From NCBI GenBank assembly GCA_965234725.1, contig CBDDUX010000058.1, forward strand, positions 1-46,874: DNA of 46,874 nucleotides. Reading direction: 5' to 3'. Each line of letters begins with the position of its first letter. The first letter of the stretch is position 1. This stretch comes from Thermoplasmatota archaeon. GTDB lineage: Archaea > Thermoplasmatota > Penumbrarchaeia > Penumbrarchaeales > Penumbrarchaeaceae. Positions 1-10,972 of the stretch are shown here, piece by piece. A program made the position numbers and the translations under genes. The notes beneath the pieces were generated by a model that searched no databases, was not told where the DNA came from, and was given only the letters and a program-made list of their open reading frames with translations.

Positions 1-11
1 ATTGATCTAAA

Positions 12-51
12 GAGCCGTTAGGCTCGAGCATTCCGTAGGAATGCTTTTTTT
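12..51 (+). terminator. Tandem hairpins followed by a T-run; probable terminator of a + strand gene entering from the left edge
   Basis: GAGCC-GTTA-GGCTC (12-25), then AGCATTCC-GTA-GGAATGCT (27-45) running into a T7 tract. Confidence 0.55.
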
Positions 52-70
52 GTTGATCAACAATTTCTAG

Positions 71-105
71 AAAAAAAAAGGGGAAGGGGCCTAAACCCCT
101 TCCCC
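71..105 (-). terminator. Intrinsic-type terminator of the PKD/CARDB gene
   Basis: Perfect 10-bp stem GGGGAAGGGG/CCCCTTCCCC (80-89/96-105) with a 6-nt loop, followed on the - strand by T9 (71-79); lies 24 nt past the stop codon at 130. Confidence 0.75.
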
Positions 106-129
106 ATGTGTGGTTCCTGATATTAATTA

Positions 130-3093
130 TCAGGAATTCCTCTTGTTCCACCACTCGGCTATTGGCTCATATCCCCACATGTTCCTGGTGTATTTCATGT
201 ATACGACATACACTACTATCAGGATCAATATGATGATCGGGATCACATACCAGTAGTCAAGGAGCTTGCTTTTTTCGACCTTGATGGTTGCGGGCCTGAT
301 GATCTCGTTGTTGTCATCGGTGTCCTCCTTGATCAGGTTATCCGGATCGACGGCCACCTTGAACTCGATCTCACCATGGTAAGCAGGTGTGAAGGTGAAG
401 TTCCAGTAGTAGGACTCACCTCCATCCAGTCCGCCGTCGATGGTATGGCTCTTGATCTTCTTGTCGTTCTTGTAGAAGAAAACATCAACGGACTTGTTCA
501 TATCGACCTTACCGATGTTCCTGATCAGGACAGACATCTTAATCTTCTCTCCTTCCTTGAGTTCGTTCACATCGGGCTTGATGAACTCCATGTTCTGGAC
601 GGTCAGGTCTACTCCGTTTATCACGATGTTCCTCTCGGTCCATCCCATGTTGCCATCAGCATCGGTCACGGTCAGGTTTATCCTGAATACTCCCGGATCA
701 TCGAAGGCATAAGTTATGACATCCCCGGTACCCATGGAGGTCTGGTTCTTGTACTCGTCTCCTTCTTCATAGAAGAACCACTCGAACACAAGGCCTTCGG
801 TCACATCTTCGCCGGACCTTGGGTCATAGGACTGAGTTCCGTTGAACTCGATGTCATCACCGATCTTTATACCCTCATCACCCTCATCGAAGGGCTTGAT
901 GACGGCCATGGGATCTGTGATATCATTTACAGAGATCGACTTGTTTACGACCTCTTTCCTGTTTCCCACGGCATCCACAAGGACGAGGGAGATATTGTAG
1001 GTCCCGGGATCTGCGAACCTCTTGGTCACAACCTGTCCGTTCAGGGAACCTGAGTCGTCGGAGAAGGTCCAGATAAAATCAACGACCTCGCCATTGTCTT
1101 CGGCTGTGACATTGAACTCCACCAGTTTGTCTTCGTCAACGGTGTAAGGTTCATACATCAATTCGAATTCTGTCACTTCGCCATCGGACTCTACTTCCTC
1201 GGAGAGGGTGTAGTTGATGAACGAAGGTGCGGCGGAATCAGGCATGATGTTGACATAATCCACCTTTTCGGAATTCCTTCCGGAGGAATCTATGACCTGG
1301 ATGGTTATGTTGATGAACTGATTTGAGTTCTGTGTGAACTGGATCACGATCTGGTCCAGATCATCAGTGAGCTCGGATATGGAGAGGTTCTCATCCTCGA
1401 TCCAGATCCTTGCCGATGAGGGAATGTTCATCCAGTGATATTCAACGATATCTCCCACCGGATCGCTTGATCCCCTGGCGGAGAGTGTCACGTTCTTGTA
1501 GAGATCAACGATGTACTTCTTGTCCTCCACCTTGTACGAGTCCTGAGATGAAATAAAGTCCATGTCGGCAACTGGCCTGACCTCTTTCTTTGCATTGAAC
1601 TCGATGGGCTGATAGGCCATTAGCCTTGATGTATTACCATCAGGATGTATCGCCTCATCCTCATTGAATTCTCCGAGGATCTCGTAATCATCCGGGAGGA
1701 TGACCTCAACGGTCTCTCCATCCATAAGGGAGTATATCTCGACCTTAAGATCGTCATCAGATTCGTATCCGAGTTCAGTTGTGTAATCAGTGCCCATTGT
1801 GGCCACTGGATTGACGCCCTTCTCGGTAATTCCGCCAAGAAGTCCTTCGATGGTCACATCGTATGCTTCGAGGTCAGCCTGGTAAGCTTCGTCATTTACC
1901 TTGAAGAAGTATTCAGTATCCATCCAAGCGGGTCCGAATTCGCTTAGGACCGTTTCCGCTCCATCCACTTCGGATGCATCGAGAACGAGCCAGTCGGCTG
2001 AAGGGAATATACCGCTTACCTGCATCCTTGGATTTCCGTAGGAATTGGGTGTACCGAAGATCCTGGAATTTGCATCCATCGTCCATACGGTTGTGATCGT
2101 CGGGTTGATTATCCCATCTTCAGCAGCAAGATCGATGGTTGTCATCTTGGACTCCATTGTCTCGATAGCTGTCATGGAGAAGGTATTGTTGACGGGCCTG
2201 TAATAGTGGTCGCCTGCATTCAGATCGATGCTGGCCTTCCAGTATGGCTCGTAACCTTCTGCTTCTACCAGAATGTGGAAGGTGGAATTGTAGAGAGGAA
2301 TGGAAAGAGCGCCGTCCATAGATAGAGCACCGTCCTCGGCGGAAGGTACCATATGACCGTTGTTCTGGTCCCAGATATGGATCTCAAGACCGGGAACGAA
2401 AACCTTTCCGCTCTTCACGATACCCATGACCCTGTAGGATCCAACATCACCGGCTGGCTCATCCATGAGCTGGACGGTCTTTGTGTAGGGGTGTGTATCG
2501 TTCACCATCACGTTCATGCTGTAGACCAGCATGCCTTCGCTGGCTATGAGGATATGAAGTTCTCCGGTGGGTGCCGAGAAGTTGGCCCATCCCATGGGGG
2601 TGGTCATTTCCATAAGGTGACCGCCATTACCATCGAAGACATGGACCTTGGCATCCGCAACGGAATCATCATCAGGGACCGGTCCGTCCGTGACCCTGAT
2701 CCTTACATCAGCTCGATTTCCGATCCTGGTGAGCTTGATAATGATCTGGGGGCCATCCTCATTATCCTCGGAAACCCCGTATACCATCTGGGGTTCCTGA
2801 GGGGATGTGTATCCCTTTGAGGATGCAAAGACCTGATAAGTGCCCGGGGGCACATCAGCCTCGAACCATCCAACCGTTCCGCTCCAGCTGAGGTCATACT
2901 CCATTCCAGTATGTACGTTTAGAGCGTAGACCACTGCGGAGTTGAGGTTCTCCTCTTTCTGGTTCTTGACCAGTACCTTCAAGTTCACATTACCCTCTGC
3001 CGAAGCACTCTCTGGCAGGATAAGAAAAGCCGAGAGGGCCAGAGATAGCATCATGAAGATGCCGAGCATTCTTAAACATGTCTCCTTAGACAT
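130..3093 (-). CDS. Secreted, C-terminally membrane-anchored surface protein with carboxypeptidase-regulatory-like, PKD and CARDB domains
   Basis: Signal peptide (LGIFMMLSLALSAFLILPESASA); PKD motifs (FIWTFSDDSG...FADPGTYNISL, YAFDDPGVFRINLTVTD); CARDB motif (VDPDNLIKEDTDDNN); C-terminal TM helix. Start moved to ATG 3093, which follows a GGAGG SD. Confidence 0.8.
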   Translation of the reverse strand: MSKETCLRMLGIFMMLSLALSAFLILPESASAEGNVNLKVLVKNQKEENLNSAVVYALNVHTGMEYDLSWSGTVGWFEADVPPGTYQVFASSKGYTSPQEPQMVYGVSEDNEDGPQIIIKLTRIGNRADVRIRVTDGPVPDDDSVADAKVHVFDGNGGHLMEMTTPMGWANFSAPTGELHILIASEGMLVYSMNVMVNDTHPYTKTVQLMDEPAGDVGSYRVMGIVKSGKVFVPGLEIHIWDQNNGHMVPSAEDGALSMDGALSIPLYNSTFHILVEAEGYEPYWKASIDLNAGDHYYRPVNNTFSMTAIETMESKMTTIDLAAEDGIINPTITTVWTMDANSRIFGTPNSYGNPRMQVSGIFPSADWLVLDASEVDGAETVLSEFGPAWMDTEYFFKVNDEAYQADLEAYDVTIEGLLGGITEKGVNPVATMGTDYTTELGYESDDDLKVEIYSLMDGETVEVILPDDYEILGEFNEDEAIHPDGNTSRLMAYQPIEFNAKKEVRPVADMDFISSQDSYKVEDKKYIVDLYKNVTLSARGSSDPVGDIVEYHWMNIPSSARIWIEDENLSISELTDDLDQIVIQFTQNSNQFINITIQVIDSSGRNSEKVDYVNIMPDSAAPSFINYTLSEEVESDGEVTEFELMYEPYTVDEDKLVEFNVTAEDNGEVVDFIWTFSDDSGSLNGQVVTKRFADPGTYNISLVLVDAVGNRKEVVNKSISVNDITDPMAVIKPFDEGDEGIKIGDDIEFNGTQSYDPRSGEDVTEGLVFEWFFYEEGDEYKNQTSMGTGDVITYAFDDPGVFRINLTVTDADGNMGWTERNIVINGVDLTVQNMEFIKPDVNELKEGEKIKMSVLIRNIGKVDMNKSVDVFFYKNDKKIKSHTIDGGLDGGESYYWNFTFTPAYHGEIEFKVAVDPDNLIKEDTDDNNEIIRPATIKVEKSKLLDYWYVIPIIILILIVVYVVYMKYTRNMWGYEPIAEWWNKRNS

Positions 3094-3354
3094 CAGATGT
3101 CCTCCAGTTCTACGTCCGTTCATACCAGGAACTAGCTGGCTTGTGCGGTCAATATCCTTTTCTTATAAAGCTTTATTCATTTTCCGCAACAATTCATCCC
3201 CCTGCCTAGAGGGACTATTTGGACCGGTGTCCCGTTAAAATATAATGATATTTAAAACACTCTGTCCAACCAAGGTCCTTTGGGCTATTGTGTAAGACAA
3301 TATCACATGTTACATCTAGAAGAATGACCCTTCATTTGATCCCTATCAAAGGTT

Positions 3355-5349
3355 TCAGGCTATCTGGGGACCTTTGGATGGGAACTTTAGGGAATCGGGA
3401 ACGAATCGGGTTAGTTTGTGGACAATAGAATCCTTCCTTGAATCCGCCATCAATGCGTGTGTGAGTACCTCTTTGATATTGGCCACAGGTATGATCTCTA
3501 TCTTACCCTCATATTTGTCCTCAAGCAGGACATCATTGATGTTGGCTCGGGGTATGAGGACACGTTTCAACCCTGATTTGGCAGCCGCCTCTATCTTGGC
3601 CGTGACTCCCCCGACTGGTAGGACCTCCCCTCTGACCGACAAGGATCCTGTCATTGCAAGGGACATATCCACAGAGACACCCTCCAAAGCTGAGATCACA
3701 GCCGTTGCTATGGAGATCGAGGCGGAATCACCTTCAACACCGTAAGTATCAAGGAACTGAATATGGAGATCGTAGTCAGAGATGTCCTTCCCTGTAATGT
3801 TCTTGATCACCGCTGATACGTTCTGGACGGATTCCTTTGCTATCTCACCAAGCCTTCCCGTAGCTATGACCCTGCCCTCATCCTTTGATGAAGCAGGTGT
3901 CACTTCTGCAGCAACCCTTGTGACAATACCTGACATTTCTGAGAGGGATTCATCTCCTTGCATTACTGCTAAGCCGTTTACGACACCGATCAGCGATCCC
4001 TTGTTGATGACCCTGGCGTATTTGTTCCTCTTATGGATCATCTCATCAGCCACTTGCTGTTCTAAGGACCGAGCCATCCTCTTCCCTTTGTGGATGTCGA
4101 TCTTTGTAACAAGCTTGTGGTCCTTCTCTCGTGCAATATCCCCCCCCGCCCTGATCAGACCACCAAGCTCTCTGAACCTGAGGGAAAGCTGACCTCTCAC
4201 CCCGGCTCTCCTTTGAGCTTCGCGGATCACCTCGGCAACAGCGCCCACGGTGAAATGAGGGATCTTTCCGTCCTTGTTGACCTCCTGGGCGATGAATCTG
4301 ACAACCTTCATCCTGTTGGAGAGAGTATCGTCCATGGTCTTATTGACCATCACTTCGTAACCGTAACCCTTTATTCTGGACCTGAGGGCAGGATGCATTC
4401 CACCATACCTCTCCCCGTCTTGGGCCCTCCTTCCATATACGGAATCCAGATTTCCGGCGGCAACCAGTATGAAATCGCATGGGACCGGCTCTGTCTTGAC
4501 CATGGCCCCGGCCGATCTCTCCGACTGACCGAAGATGGAGAACTTCTTCTCCTGCATGGCTGTTAGAAGGGACTGCTGTGACTCAGGTCGAAGCAGATTG
4601 ATCTCATCCACGAACAGGACACCTTTATGAGCTTTATGTATGGCCCCCACCTCTACCCTCTCATGGGGCGGGGTCTCGAGACCTCCACTCTGGAAGGGAT
4701 CGTGTTTCACATCACCCAGAAGAGCCCCCGAATGAGCACCGGTAGCATCAATGAAAGGAGCCTTGGCCATCCTTTCATTGCCGATCAGAAGTTTCGGTAC
4801 TAGATCGTCCTCCTTCTTGGACATATTAAGGAATCTGAACAGGACGAATATCGCAACAACTGCCATGAACCCGAAAAGAAGGACCATGATATCCTGCTGG
4901 TAAAAGAAGAAATAGAAAAGTGTAAGCATCACAATGGCCGCCATTATCATGAATCGCCAGGAAGACCTCTTCTCCCTCTTTACCTGGGCCTGGGCCTTCT
5001 GATTCTTGACGATCTCCTTTCCCTTTCCACCTGGAACGGTCCTTATCCTGGGTTCGTTGGAGTCCTCGGAATTGGGATAGACAACAATATCTTCAAGCTC
5101 CTCAGAGGGTAGAAAATCCGTCATGGAATTGGCTATCATGGACTTTCCGGTCCCAGGTTCACCTATGAGCAGAAGATGCCTTCTCTGCTCCGCCGCTTTC
5201 TTTGCGACCTCCACTGCGGTTTCCTGTCCGATGACCTGATACATAAGCTTCTTTGGTACCTTGATATCCTTAGTAGACCTGATACCTTTGCCCTTCAGCC
5301 AATTCTCAAGGTCCTTTATCGAGGACAGTCCCTTTTTATCTTTGGTCAA
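3355..5349 (-). CDS. lonB: Archaeal membrane-bound ATP-dependent Lon protease (LonB)
   Basis: Walker A GEPGTGKS, two TM helices inserted in the AAA domain, Walker B LFVDE, Ser-Lys dyad GDSAS...AKIEAA; TTG start. Confidence 0.95.
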   Translation of the reverse strand: MTKDKKGLSSIKDLENWLKGKGIRSTKDIKVPKKLMYQVIGQETAVEVAKKAAEQRRHLLLIGEPGTGKSMIANSMTDFLPSEELEDIVVYPNSEDSNEPRIRTVPGGKGKEIVKNQKAQAQVKREKRSSWRFMIMAAIVMLTLFYFFFYQQDIMVLLFGFMAVVAIFVLFRFLNMSKKEDDLVPKLLIGNERMAKAPFIDATGAHSGALLGDVKHDPFQSGGLETPPHERVEVGAIHKAHKGVLFVDEINLLRPESQQSLLTAMQEKKFSIFGQSERSAGAMVKTEPVPCDFILVAAGNLDSVYGRRAQDGERYGGMHPALRSRIKGYGYEVMVNKTMDDTLSNRMKVVRFIAQEVNKDGKIPHFTVGAVAEVIREAQRRAGVRGQLSLRFRELGGLIRAGGDIAREKDHKLVTKIDIHKGKRMARSLEQQVADEMIHKRNKYARVINKGSLIGVVNGLAVMQGDESLSEMSGIVTRVAAEVTPASSKDEGRVIATGRLGEIAKESVQNVSAVIKNITGKDISDYDLHIQFLDTYGVEGDSASISIATAVISALEGVSVDMSLAMTGSLSVRGEVLPVGGVTAKIEAAAKSGLKRVLIPRANINDVLLEDKYEGKIEIIPVANIKEVLTHALMADSRKDSIVHKLTRFVPDSLKFPSKGPQIA

Positions 5350-5425
5350 CTGAACAACATCCTCTGATGCAATATATCCCAGGTAGACTTGGGCCGATTA
5401 AAAATGTTTCCCCGTTCCTATCAAA

Positions 5426-5665
5426 ATGTCTCGAACGGAAAACCTTTTTTGGGGATCACACCCTTCAAAGCACATGTCCCGTGGACCTATTCCCGGTCGA
5501 AAGGATCGTTGGGGTAAAAGGCCAAGGGATCCCTTCAATAGATGGCTTCGGGCAGATCCCCGGAGAGCAGCATTTTTTTCGGTTGGAATTACCGTTGGTC
5601 TAATATTATTCTGGATAATGGTGGTGTTGGGATTGGCAGCGTTCATCCTGATCTCGCTTTGGTAG
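5426..5665 (+). CDS. Small hypothetical protein with a C-terminal TM helix
   Basis: 79-aa ORF filling the gap between lonB and the MBL gene; basic N-terminus, hydrophobic C-terminus. Confidence 0.45.
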   Translation: MSRTENLFWGSHPSKHMSRGPIPGRKDRWGKRPRDPFNRWLRADPRRAAFFSVGITVGLILFWIMVVLGLAAFILISLW

Positions 5666-5666
5666 T

Positions 5667-6311
5667 TCAAACAGATGATATCATACCCAAAGCAAGGTCC
5701 ATCTCCCTTTTAGGATCATTCTCCTCGAACCTTCCATGTCCGGGATAAAGAGAGGAGATGTCCCATCGGAGCGACCTCTGGATGGAGGATCTATGGAGTT
5801 CAAGGTTTCCCCCTGGAAGGTCCCATCTGCCTACACCACCATCGCAGAATAGAAGGTCCCCGCAGAAAAATGCACGGTCCTGCTTCGTAATGATCGAAAT
5901 TAGGCCGGGGGCATGACCAGGGGTTGAGTGGATCTCAAATGAAAGAGCGCCGACCTCCAGATCCCTCTCTATCTCTGTGATCTCCATTATGGGTTCCATC
6001 GTTGCACCGAAAAGGAAGGACCCAGTGAGGTTTGCGTCTCCTTCCCTCAATGCCCTGGCACATTCAGAAGATGAATAAAGGGGAGCTTTGAACTTTCTGG
6101 AAAGGTATAGAGCCCCTCCGGAATGATCGAAATGCTCATGGGTAAGGATGATCCCATCAAGGTGGGAGCCTTTTAGCTCCCTTTCAATGACTTCCTCGAC
6201 CGTTCCATTGTTGAATCCAGAACCAGCATCCACAAGGACCCTTGAATTCTCCTTTGAGATCAGATATATATTAGAGTCGAAGGGACCTGCCTCAATGAGA
6301 TCTATCTTCAT
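5667..6311 (-). CDS. MBL-fold metallo-hydrolase (glyoxalase II-like)
   Basis: THEHFDH motif, TPGHAPG, GDLLF, YPGHG. Confidence 0.9.
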   Translation of the reverse strand: MKIDLIEAGPFDSNIYLISKENSRVLVDAGSGFNNGTVEEVIERELKGSHLDGIILTHEHFDHSGGALYLSRKFKAPLYSSSECARALREGDANLTGSFLFGATMEPIMEITEIERDLEVGALSFEIHSTPGHAPGLISIITKQDRAFFCGDLLFCDGGVGRWDLPGGNLELHRSSIQRSLRWDISSLYPGHGRFEENDPKREMDLALGMISSV

Positions 6312-6366
6312 CCGAACTGCACCGATCGAAAGGATGGTTTATTAGTTGAAATAACATTCGATATGC

Positions 6367-7857
6367 ATGGTCGGCAATGAGGCGAGGTGGGAACTGCCCC
6401 CCATAATTCGGCAGAAGATCCTGGGAAGGATCATGCCGACCGATGAGGAGAAAGCCAGGATAGAGACCACATCCAGGATGCTCCTGGAAAGGATCCGGGA
6501 GGTCTCCTCTGACCTAGGAAGCGTGGATGTTGAACCCGTGCTTGCGGGCTCCGTTGCCAAGGGTACAATATCTGGTACAACAGACCTTGATGTATTTGTG
6601 ATCTTCCCGAAGGATACACCCAGAGAACAGATGGAAGAAATGGGGATCAAGATCGGTGAGAAGGTCCTTGAAGATCATCAACGGAAGTATACGCAACACC
6701 CCTATATCAATGGGACATTCATGGGAATGGAGGCCGATATTGTTCCATGTTTGAAGCTGGAAAGGGGAAGAAGTGTAATAACAGCAGTGGACAGGACCCC
6801 TCTCCATACCGAATACATCATTTCCAGGATCTCTGAGTTCCAGAGGGAAGAAGCGGTCCTTTTAAAATCCTTTTTAAAGGGAATTGGAAGCTACGGAGCC
6901 GAGGACACTGTAAATGGTTTTTCAGGGTATCTCTGTGAACTGCTGATCCTGCTTCATGGGTCGTTCTCATCCACTATCGAGTGGTTTGCATCCATGGAAG
7001 TCACCACAAATCCTCCGAAGAAGGCAGAGATGATTTGCTCTACCAGGTTTATGGAACTTGATGATGGACCCTACCTTTTCGACAGGGAAGCATTGGTCTT
7101 TGAGAAACCGTTCGAACCCGGTATATATTCGAAGAAGTTCAGCTCGGACACACTTGTCATTATAGATCCGGTGGATCCTGGAAGGAATGTCGCCTCCCCT
7201 GTCTCCGATCAGATACTGGCCCATACAGCCTTGATGAGCAGATCGCTTCTTCTTGATCCGGGAGAACAGATGTTCTCTCCCTTTTCCTCAAGACCATGGG
7301 AGATCGGACCCATGAAAGATATGACAAGCCGACCCGGGAGATGTCTGATCTCACTTCCTCTTCCCGATGGCAATCCTGACCTTGTTGTTACCCAGGCAAG
7401 GTCTTTTATTTCAAGATCGATAAGGGAAATGGAACGAAGAGGGGAATGGAAGGTAATCGCCGAGATGATCATGGTCTTTCCGGAGGATATCGAACCAGAT
7501 GGTGCTTATCTGAAGACCCGGTATTTACATAGATCAAATAAGGTTGATTCCCCACTGGTTCTCATACATTTCATTTCCGACCCTCCGGTCCTTGAACCAA
7601 CTTATATCCATATGGGACCACCCGTAAGTGATAGAAGAGCTGCCGATTTCACTGCGAAATGGGGTTCCAGGGTGAAGGAGGATGAAATGTCTCACAGGTT
7701 ATATGTCATTGCGGAAAGGAAATTGAGAGATCCCGCAAGCATATTGCTATCCATCTGGAACAATATCAAGATAGGTTCAGCCTTCAGGAAATACCATCCT
7801 ATCATTGTGGAAAACCAATTAATCAATGAGGTATTTCAGGGGGCGTTGGAGCGGTAG
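6367..7857 (+). CDS. cca: Archaeal class I CCA-adding tRNA nucleotidyltransferase
   Basis: GSVAKGT...DLDVF nucleotidyltransferase motif, HPY, AVDRTPLH, GFSGYLCELL, DPVDPGRNVAS. Confidence 0.9.
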   Translation: MVGNEARWELPPIIRQKILGRIMPTDEEKARIETTSRMLLERIREVSSDLGSVDVEPVLAGSVAKGTISGTTDLDVFVIFPKDTPREQMEEMGIKIGEKVLEDHQRKYTQHPYINGTFMGMEADIVPCLKLERGRSVITAVDRTPLHTEYIISRISEFQREEAVLLKSFLKGIGSYGAEDTVNGFSGYLCELLILLHGSFSSTIEWFASMEVTTNPPKKAEMICSTRFMELDDGPYLFDREALVFEKPFEPGIYSKKFSSDTLVIIDPVDPGRNVASPVSDQILAHTALMSRSLLLDPGEQMFSPFSSRPWEIGPMKDMTSRPGRCLISLPLPDGNPDLVVTQARSFISRSIREMERRGEWKVIAEMIMVFPEDIEPDGAYLKTRYLHRSNKVDSPLVLIHFISDPPVLEPTYIHMGPPVSDRRAADFTAKWGSRVKEDEMSHRLYVIAERKLRDPASILLSIWNNIKIGSAFRKYHPIIVENQLINEVFQGALER

Positions 7858-7966
7858 GGCGTTCCTTGGGGATAACGGCCTTTTCGGGTGTTCTTAATAA
7901 CGGTCTCATTCAACCTGGAAGCAAGATATCCCAGAGGACCCCAATGTCTGATCCATCCCATCGGAG

Positions 7967-8833
7967 TTGGTCCAGTTGCCCCCAGAAAGGAACGATTTTA
8001 CCGAGAACATGGATGAATATCTACCCCGCCTTTGCGAGGATACGAGAGAGGCCAGAAGATGGATAGTCAGGATGATACATGCTGCGGGTTCGGGTCATCC
8101 CGGAGGTTCACTATCTGCCATAGATGTATTGATGGTCCTTTACGCAAAGGTCATGAGGCATGACCCCTTGAATCCTACATGGCCTGATAGGGACAGATTG
8201 GTACTTTCCAAAGGTCATGGTTCGCCAGCCCTCTATACCACCCTTGCCATGAACGGATATTTCGAAAAAGAGGAGCTCCTTACACTTAGAAAGATGGGGT
8301 CGAGGCTTCAGGGCCATCCATCAATGAACAAAACACCTGGAGTTGACATGTCCACCGGATCCCTGGGACAGGGCCTTTCCATTGCAATAGGAATGGCACT
8401 GGGGGCAAGACTGGACAGAAAGGATTACAGGGTATACTGCATACTTGGTGATGGAGAGATCCAGGAGGGCCAGGTATGGGAAGCGTCCATGGCGGCAAGC
8501 CACTTCAAGGTCGACAACCTCTGCGCAGTCTTGGACAGAAACCAACTGCAGATCGACGGACCGACGGAGAAGATCATGTCCATTGACCCGATCAGACCAA
8601 AATTCGAGGCTTTCGGTTGGCATGTAATAAACATCAACGGTCACGATCATAAGGAGATCCTAAGGGCCTTCAAAGAGGCAGAATCCGTTAAAGGCAAACC
8701 CACAATGATAATATCGAATACCATCAAGGGAAAGGGGGTTTCTTTCATGGAGGGAGCTTTGAAGTTCCACGGAAAGGCGCCTAACGATTCCGAACTTGAG
8801 ATCGCCTTGAAGGAATTGGGGGGTGATGAATGA
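7967..8833 (+). CDS. tktA: Transketolase, N-terminal (TPP-binding) subunit
   Basis: SGHPGGSLS, DRLVLSKGH, LQGHP, TGSLGQG, GDGE...N TPP motif. Start uncertain (TTG 7967 or ATG 8009). Confidence 0.93.
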   Translation: MVQLPPERNDFTENMDEYLPRLCEDTREARRWIVRMIHAAGSGHPGGSLSAIDVLMVLYAKVMRHDPLNPTWPDRDRLVLSKGHGSPALYTTLAMNGYFEKEELLTLRKMGSRLQGHPSMNKTPGVDMSTGSLGQGLSIAIGMALGARLDRKDYRVYCILGDGEIQEGQVWEASMAASHFKVDNLCAVLDRNQLQIDGPTEKIMSIDPIRPKFEAFGWHVININGHDHKEILRAFKEAESVKGKPTMIISNTIKGKGVSFMEGALKFHGKAPNDSELEIALKELGGDE

Positions 8834-9777
8834 TGGAATGGGAATACAAGAACATGAGACCTGGTTTCGGTGAAGCCCTGGTAGAGCTGGGAAAGAAATA
8901 CCAGCAGGTGGTAGCATTGAATGCGGATCTGTCTGGATCAACCACCACTGCCATGTTCGAGAAGGTCTTCCCCGAGAGGTTCTTCAACGTGGGTGTTGCT
9001 GAACAGAACCTGATGGGGATATCGGCAGGTCTGGCAGCAACAGGTCATATCGTCTTTGCCTCCACATTTGCCATGTTTGCAACCGGAAGGGCCTATGATC
9101 AGATCAGACAATCTATCGCCTATCCCAAGCTTAATGTGAAGATAGTCGCCACCCATGCTGGTATAACCGTGGGAGGAGACGGCGCCTCTCACCAGATGCA
9201 TGAGGACCTGGCCCTTATGAGGGTTCTTCCTCACATGAAGGTCATTGCACCGGCAGATTATATGGAAACGAAGAAGGCAGTGCTCAAGGTTGCGGAGACA
9301 CCGGGCCCATGTTACATAAGGACCGCAAGGACCGCCACACCTGTCATATACGACGAGGATTACAAGTTCAGGATAGGGAAAGCGGACCTCCTGAGAGAAG
9401 GAGATGATGTTACCATAATGGCAATGGGCCTCATGGTATCAAAGGCCCTGGAAGCAGCTGAGACCCTGAAGAAGGAAGGTATCTCTGCAAGGGTCGTCAA
9501 CAATTCTTCCATCAAACCAAGGGACAAGAACATGATAATCGAATCGGCAAGAAGGACCGGTGCTATAGTGACGGCCGAAGAGCACAACATGATCGTGGGG
9601 ATGGGTTCGGCCGTTTCCGAGGTACTTGCGGATTACCTGCCGATCCCTCAGAGGAGGGTAGGCATCCCCGATGTTTTCGGAGAATCCGGAGAATCCGAGG
9701 AGCTCATGCAGGCCTATGGTCTTACAGTGGAAAATATCATAGATAATGTGAAGCTCGCGATCGCTATGAAAAGGTGA
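8830..9777 (+). CDS. tktB: Transketolase, C-terminal subunit
   Basis: ADLSGST, VGVAEQN, GGDGASHQ, EEH motifs; ATGA overlap with the N-terminal subunit gene. Confidence 0.93.
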   Translation: MMEWEYKNMRPGFGEALVELGKKYQQVVALNADLSGSTTTAMFEKVFPERFFNVGVAEQNLMGISAGLAATGHIVFASTFAMFATGRAYDQIRQSIAYPKLNVKIVATHAGITVGGDGASHQMHEDLALMRVLPHMKVIAPADYMETKKAVLKVAETPGPCYIRTARTATPVIYDEDYKFRIGKADLLREGDDVTIMAMGLMVSKALEAAETLKKEGISARVVNNSSIKPRDKNMIIESARRTGAIVTAEEHNMIVGMGSAVSEVLADYLPIPQRRVGIPDVFGESGESEELMQAYGLTVENIIDNVKLAIAMKR

Positions 9778-9782
9778 GATAA

Positions 9783-10430
9783 ATGAAGATATTCCTCGAT
9801 ACGGCAAACATAGACCACATCAGGGAAGGCAATGATCTTGGTGTGATAGATGGTGTGACAACGAATCCATCCCTTATAGCGAAGGAGGGAAGGAAGTTCG
9901 AAGAAGTTGTTGCTGAGATATGCTCCATTGTTGACGGACCGATCTCAGCTGAGACAATTACTGAGAAGGCCGATACAATGTTCAAGGAGGCAAAGGAGCT
10001 CTCATTGATACACAAGAACATCGTTGTCAAGATACCCATGACCGCAGAAGGTCTAAAAGCTGTCAAGATGTGCAAGGAGGCAGGAATCAGGACCAATGTT
10101 ACACTCATCTTCTCAGCAAATCAGGCTTTACTTGCTACGAAGGCAGGGGCTTCATATGTATCCCCCTTTGTAGGGAGGATCGATGATATCACTGAATATG
10201 GTATGGAGCTTGTCAGGAGGATCTCACAGATATTCATGAACTACGGGATAGAAACGGAGATCATCGTGGCATCAGTCAGGAATCCGATCCATGTCCTTGA
10301 GGCAGCTGAAGCCGGTGCGGATATCGCCACCATACCCTACAAGGTACTCATTCAGATGATCAAACATCCCCTCACCGATATCGGCATACAGAAGTTCCTG
10401 GACGATTGGGAGAAGGTGCCCAAAGGATGA
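9783..10430 (+). CDS. tal: Transaldolase (small type / Fsa family)
   Basis: [18 protein letters not shown] (Schiff-base Lys), [24 protein letters not shown]. Confidence 0.93.
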   Translation: MKIFLDTANIDHIREGNDLGVIDGVTTNPSLIAKEGRKFEEVVAEICSIVDGPISAETITEKADTMFKEAKELSLIHKNIVVKIPMTAEGLKAVKMCKEAGIRTNVTLIFSANQALLATKAGASYVSPFVGRIDDITEYGMELVRRISQIFMNYGIETEIIVASVRNPIHVLEAAEAGADIATIPYKVLIQMIKHPLTDIGIQKFLDDWEKVPKG

Positions 10431-10963
10431 GCGAAGGACCAGGTCCACTCACCCTGATCGTTGGGGTGGGTTCAAGGATGAGGGGTGACGATTCGGTAGG
10501 TCCCTATGTGATCGATCTTCTCAAAGAGATGATGGAAGACCAGGGTTGTTCGGAAGGAAACAGGTTGTCCCTGATCGATGCTGATGTCATGCCCGAGAAC
10601 TATACAAGACCGATAAGGGAAAGCAATGCGGACATCTGTTTGTTAGTGGATGCCATTGATATTGGAATGGATCCTGGCACTATCAGGCGGGTACCTATCG
10701 CAATGATAGATGAGACCATCCCATGCTCCCATTCCCTCCCACTTTCGTATCTTATGAAATATATAGGAGAGAAGATAGATAGAGTGGAGCTCATAGGCAT
10801 CCAGATCGGGGCCACAGGTCTATATATGGAAATGACAGAGGAAGTGATGAAGGGGGGGGAAAGGCTTGCTGAGGTCCTCTGGAATGGTGAATGGGAGAAG
10901 ATCCCTATCCATGAGAAGTCGGATGATAGGTCCGATAAAGAGGCTACTAACTATTGCTGGTAA
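10427..10963 (+). CDS. hycI: Hydrogenase maturation endopeptidase, HycI-like
   Basis: [30 protein letters not shown] motifs; start set at the ATGA overlap with the tal stop. Confidence 0.85.
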   Translation: MSEGPGPLTLIVGVGSRMRGDDSVGPYVIDLLKEMMEDQGCSEGNRLSLIDADVMPENYTRPIRESNADICLLVDAIDIGMDPGTIRRVPIAMIDETIPCSHSLPLSYLMKYIGEKIDRVELIGIQIGATGLYMEMTEEVMKGGERLAEVLWNGEWEKIPIHEKSDDRSDKEATNYCW

Positions 10964-10972
10964 TATCGGATC

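Noticed and set aside
3291..3314. TGTAA-N14-TTACA inverted repeat upstream of the PKD gene
   Set aside because: Only 5-bp arms in AT-rich intergenic DNA; expected by chance.
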